Below are positions 61,744 through 64,000 of a stretch of DNA of 64,000 bases, in pieces. Position 1 is the stretch's first letter. Every line of letters begins with the position of its first letter. The notes beneath the pieces were generated by a model. That model was not told the origin of the DNA, made no database searches, and saw only the letters and a program-made list of their open reading frames with translations. The translations under genes and the position numbers were made by a program. The DNA is taken from assembly GCA_951406725.2 (NCBI GenBank), contig OX597818.1:38006001-38070000 (forward strand). The letters run 5' to 3'. Source of the DNA: Octopus vulgaris. Taxonomy: Eukaryota.

Positions 61744-62890
61744 TTAAAAGCCATCAGTATAACATTCTTCATTATCACAGATATCAATAAAAGTCCTCCC
61801 ATTCCAGTTATGTCAACTTTTCATCTGCATCCTATAAACATGGTACTTCCTGTTCTTGACCATCTTGGAAATTATTTTCAGGAAACTCATCACCATACTG
61901 GCCGGAATATCATTCCATGCATTCTTTCCTCATGATACAAGAGACAAACTTCACTTCTTACCATTGCCACCTTCGGTCAGTTCCTTCCACTGTGAAGACC
62001 TCAGGTTATCCAGATTGAAATCTATCTCTCAATAGCTTATTCAGCATCAAAAGCTTGTAGAGAAGATGAGAGACTAGCTGGCATCATAGCTTCAGCTATG
62101 TTCAATGACCATTCTTTTCAAGAATGCATAGAACTGTTCTCAAAGTATGGGCGATTTCTTCTTGAGAAGTGTCAGGTCTCCGGTTTCTTACTCTTATTAA
62201 TCTTGGTTTAATCCCAATATAATCCTTTATTTAGCAATGACAGCAAACCAAAGCTATCTGTGGTACTTTTTCTCCCTTTGGCAATCTTTCATCTTGCATC
62301 ACTGTTGGCTTAAACACAATCTCATCTACCAAACTCACAAGTACCAGAGTAAAATGTATCATTTCATGTCCTGTGGTTCTCACATGAATAGACTTGAGGC
62401 TAAATGTTTAGTTTCCACGGAGATCAAAAAGCATGAGCTTCAATATTTTCAATCAACCCAAGTTGAATGACAAATCATGCTGCCTCTTTTGCTTCTAAAG
62501 GATGTAAAATATATTTGTCTTATCTTTTAAGCCATGTGGTAGTTTCTTTGATATCTTTGGTTTTCTGTCATAGACCAGCTAATTCTCATCATGAAACAAG
62601 GCTTTAAATGGTAGGTTACATTGACATCTTGGTAATCCTCAACCATATTTGTAGCATAATTACAATGTAATCACTACTCCCCCAATCAGTGACCTTGTCT
62701 AACAGTTCTTTATCCATCTCTGAATATACAGCCTGTTTCCCTTTGTGCACCCATTTTTATCCTAAGCATTTCTAGTAAAGCTTCTTTTTACTCAAATCTC
62801 TCACAATTTTCTCTGATACAGAAAACTACTTCTCAACAAACTTTTGATAATTACACAATTTTAAGTTTGAAAGCAGAAATATACAATTAA
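61744..62890 (-). mobile_element. Decayed pogo-family (POGK-like) transposase
   Basis: In order on the minus strand with frameshifts: AFKLKIV, VSEKIVRD, YSEMDKEL, L*QKTK/ISKKLP, KSIHVRTTGHEMIHFTLVL, KNAWNDIPASMVMSFLK, acidic tail ending DGF*. Confidence 0.78.
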
Positions 62891-64000
62891 CATTTCACTT
62901 TCCCCCAGTAATAACCAGGGTGATGACATTTGACAAGGGGTAAAACTTTACCTTTTTATACCCATCTATTTAATATGTGTATAACCTGACAGACAAGACC
63001 TAATAAAAACTTTTTCTTTTTTATATTTCTTTGTTTTTCACTCCCTTCATGTTTCCTTATTTCTCCACATGTTCCTTTGAAAATTTATTGTCACTCTCTT
63101 CCACCTCTTAACTTTTGTCAACTAACTTTATTTGACTTATTACCATTCTCTCCTCATCTAAATACTCCACTGTGTCAGTCTGGCCACAGACTTCTTCTCT
63201 AATATGTTTAAACCCAGTTGATAAGTTCAGAAGACCAGACTTAGAATAACTTAATTTTTATACATTAAGATGCTTTTGTTATTTATTCAAGATGGTTTTA
63301 TCGTTATTCAATATGCATTTACACTTCTTGTAGTGGTTGCAATAATAACATTTCTTCAAGATTTCTTAGCCTTGTGCACAAGTCACACTCCAGCTATTTT
63401 ATAAATTGAAGTTGTGTGCAAACAAATTGCAACTTATACATAAGTAAACACTGAAGTTGATAACAAAGTATATAAATGGTACATTTAATTTTTTAATCTA
63501 AATACTAAATCTAAATAAGAGTTTACTGCAATATTAATAACTTGATATTATAAAATGCGATTTGAATTTCCTTTAACTAAGTTGAAGCCAAAAAATATTG
63601 GTTCCCTGTGGATAATAATGCTCCCTTTAACTCAATATGATGGAGATTTTTTATGATTGAATTTCAGTCAAGATAGAAAGTATGAATTTGTTCAGAAATT
63701 AATTATTCTAAATTTCATATTTAGCCAAGGTCAACTTAGACTTTCCAGCCACCAAGATTTATAAACAAAATATCAGCTAGTCACTAGACAATATGCTATG
63801 CTTAACGTATTAAGTAAGTGATTAATTTAATTAGATTCAACTAACCCACTGACCCAATTAATTATAAGGGCAACTTGCAACAGCTGAAAAGAAATGCTTG
63901 TTTAACATCTGTTTTTTCCATGCTAGCAGGGGTTAAACAGGATATACAATAGTGTAAAATATTCATTTACTGTTTCAACTATGAGGCATTAATAGGGTTT

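Noticed and set aside
54262-64000. Expected upstream exon(s) of the leprecan gene
   Set aside because: Candidate AG/GT-bounded segments (for example about 55488-55647) contain stops in all frames; the exon probably lies beyond the window.

Overview
AT-rich, microsatellite- and transposon-dense eukaryotic DNA. The SINE families resemble those known from octopus, so a coleoid cephalopod origin is inferred. The only host gene I can support is a minus-strand leprecan-family (prolyl 3-hydroxylase/CRTAP) gene. Seven phase-compatible internal exons (54090-54261, 51424-51549, 47511-47644, 45987-46091, 4838-5035, 2513-2566, 238-382) splice into one open frame of 934 nt; both ends of the gene lie outside the window. 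The N-terminal half looks CRTAP-like (CxxxC motifs, YLQFGYYK, PRPEA...DDEGE). It is joined across a ~41 kb intron to a strongly diverged P3H-type dioxygenase domain. Read-through of that intron's donor would give a short CRTAP-like isoform. The introns hold tRNA-derived SINEs, RTE/CR1/REL-type LINE fragments, mariner, pogo, hAT and piggyBac-type DNA elements, a spacer-less tandem Helitron, a Penelope GIY-YIG remnant, and several unrelated palindromic elements carrying minimal type I hammerhead-ribozyme motifs (one with an intact core at 36912-36999). Most ORFs in the supplied track are microsatellite or SINE artefacts. All homology statements come from motif recognition by eye, not from database searches.
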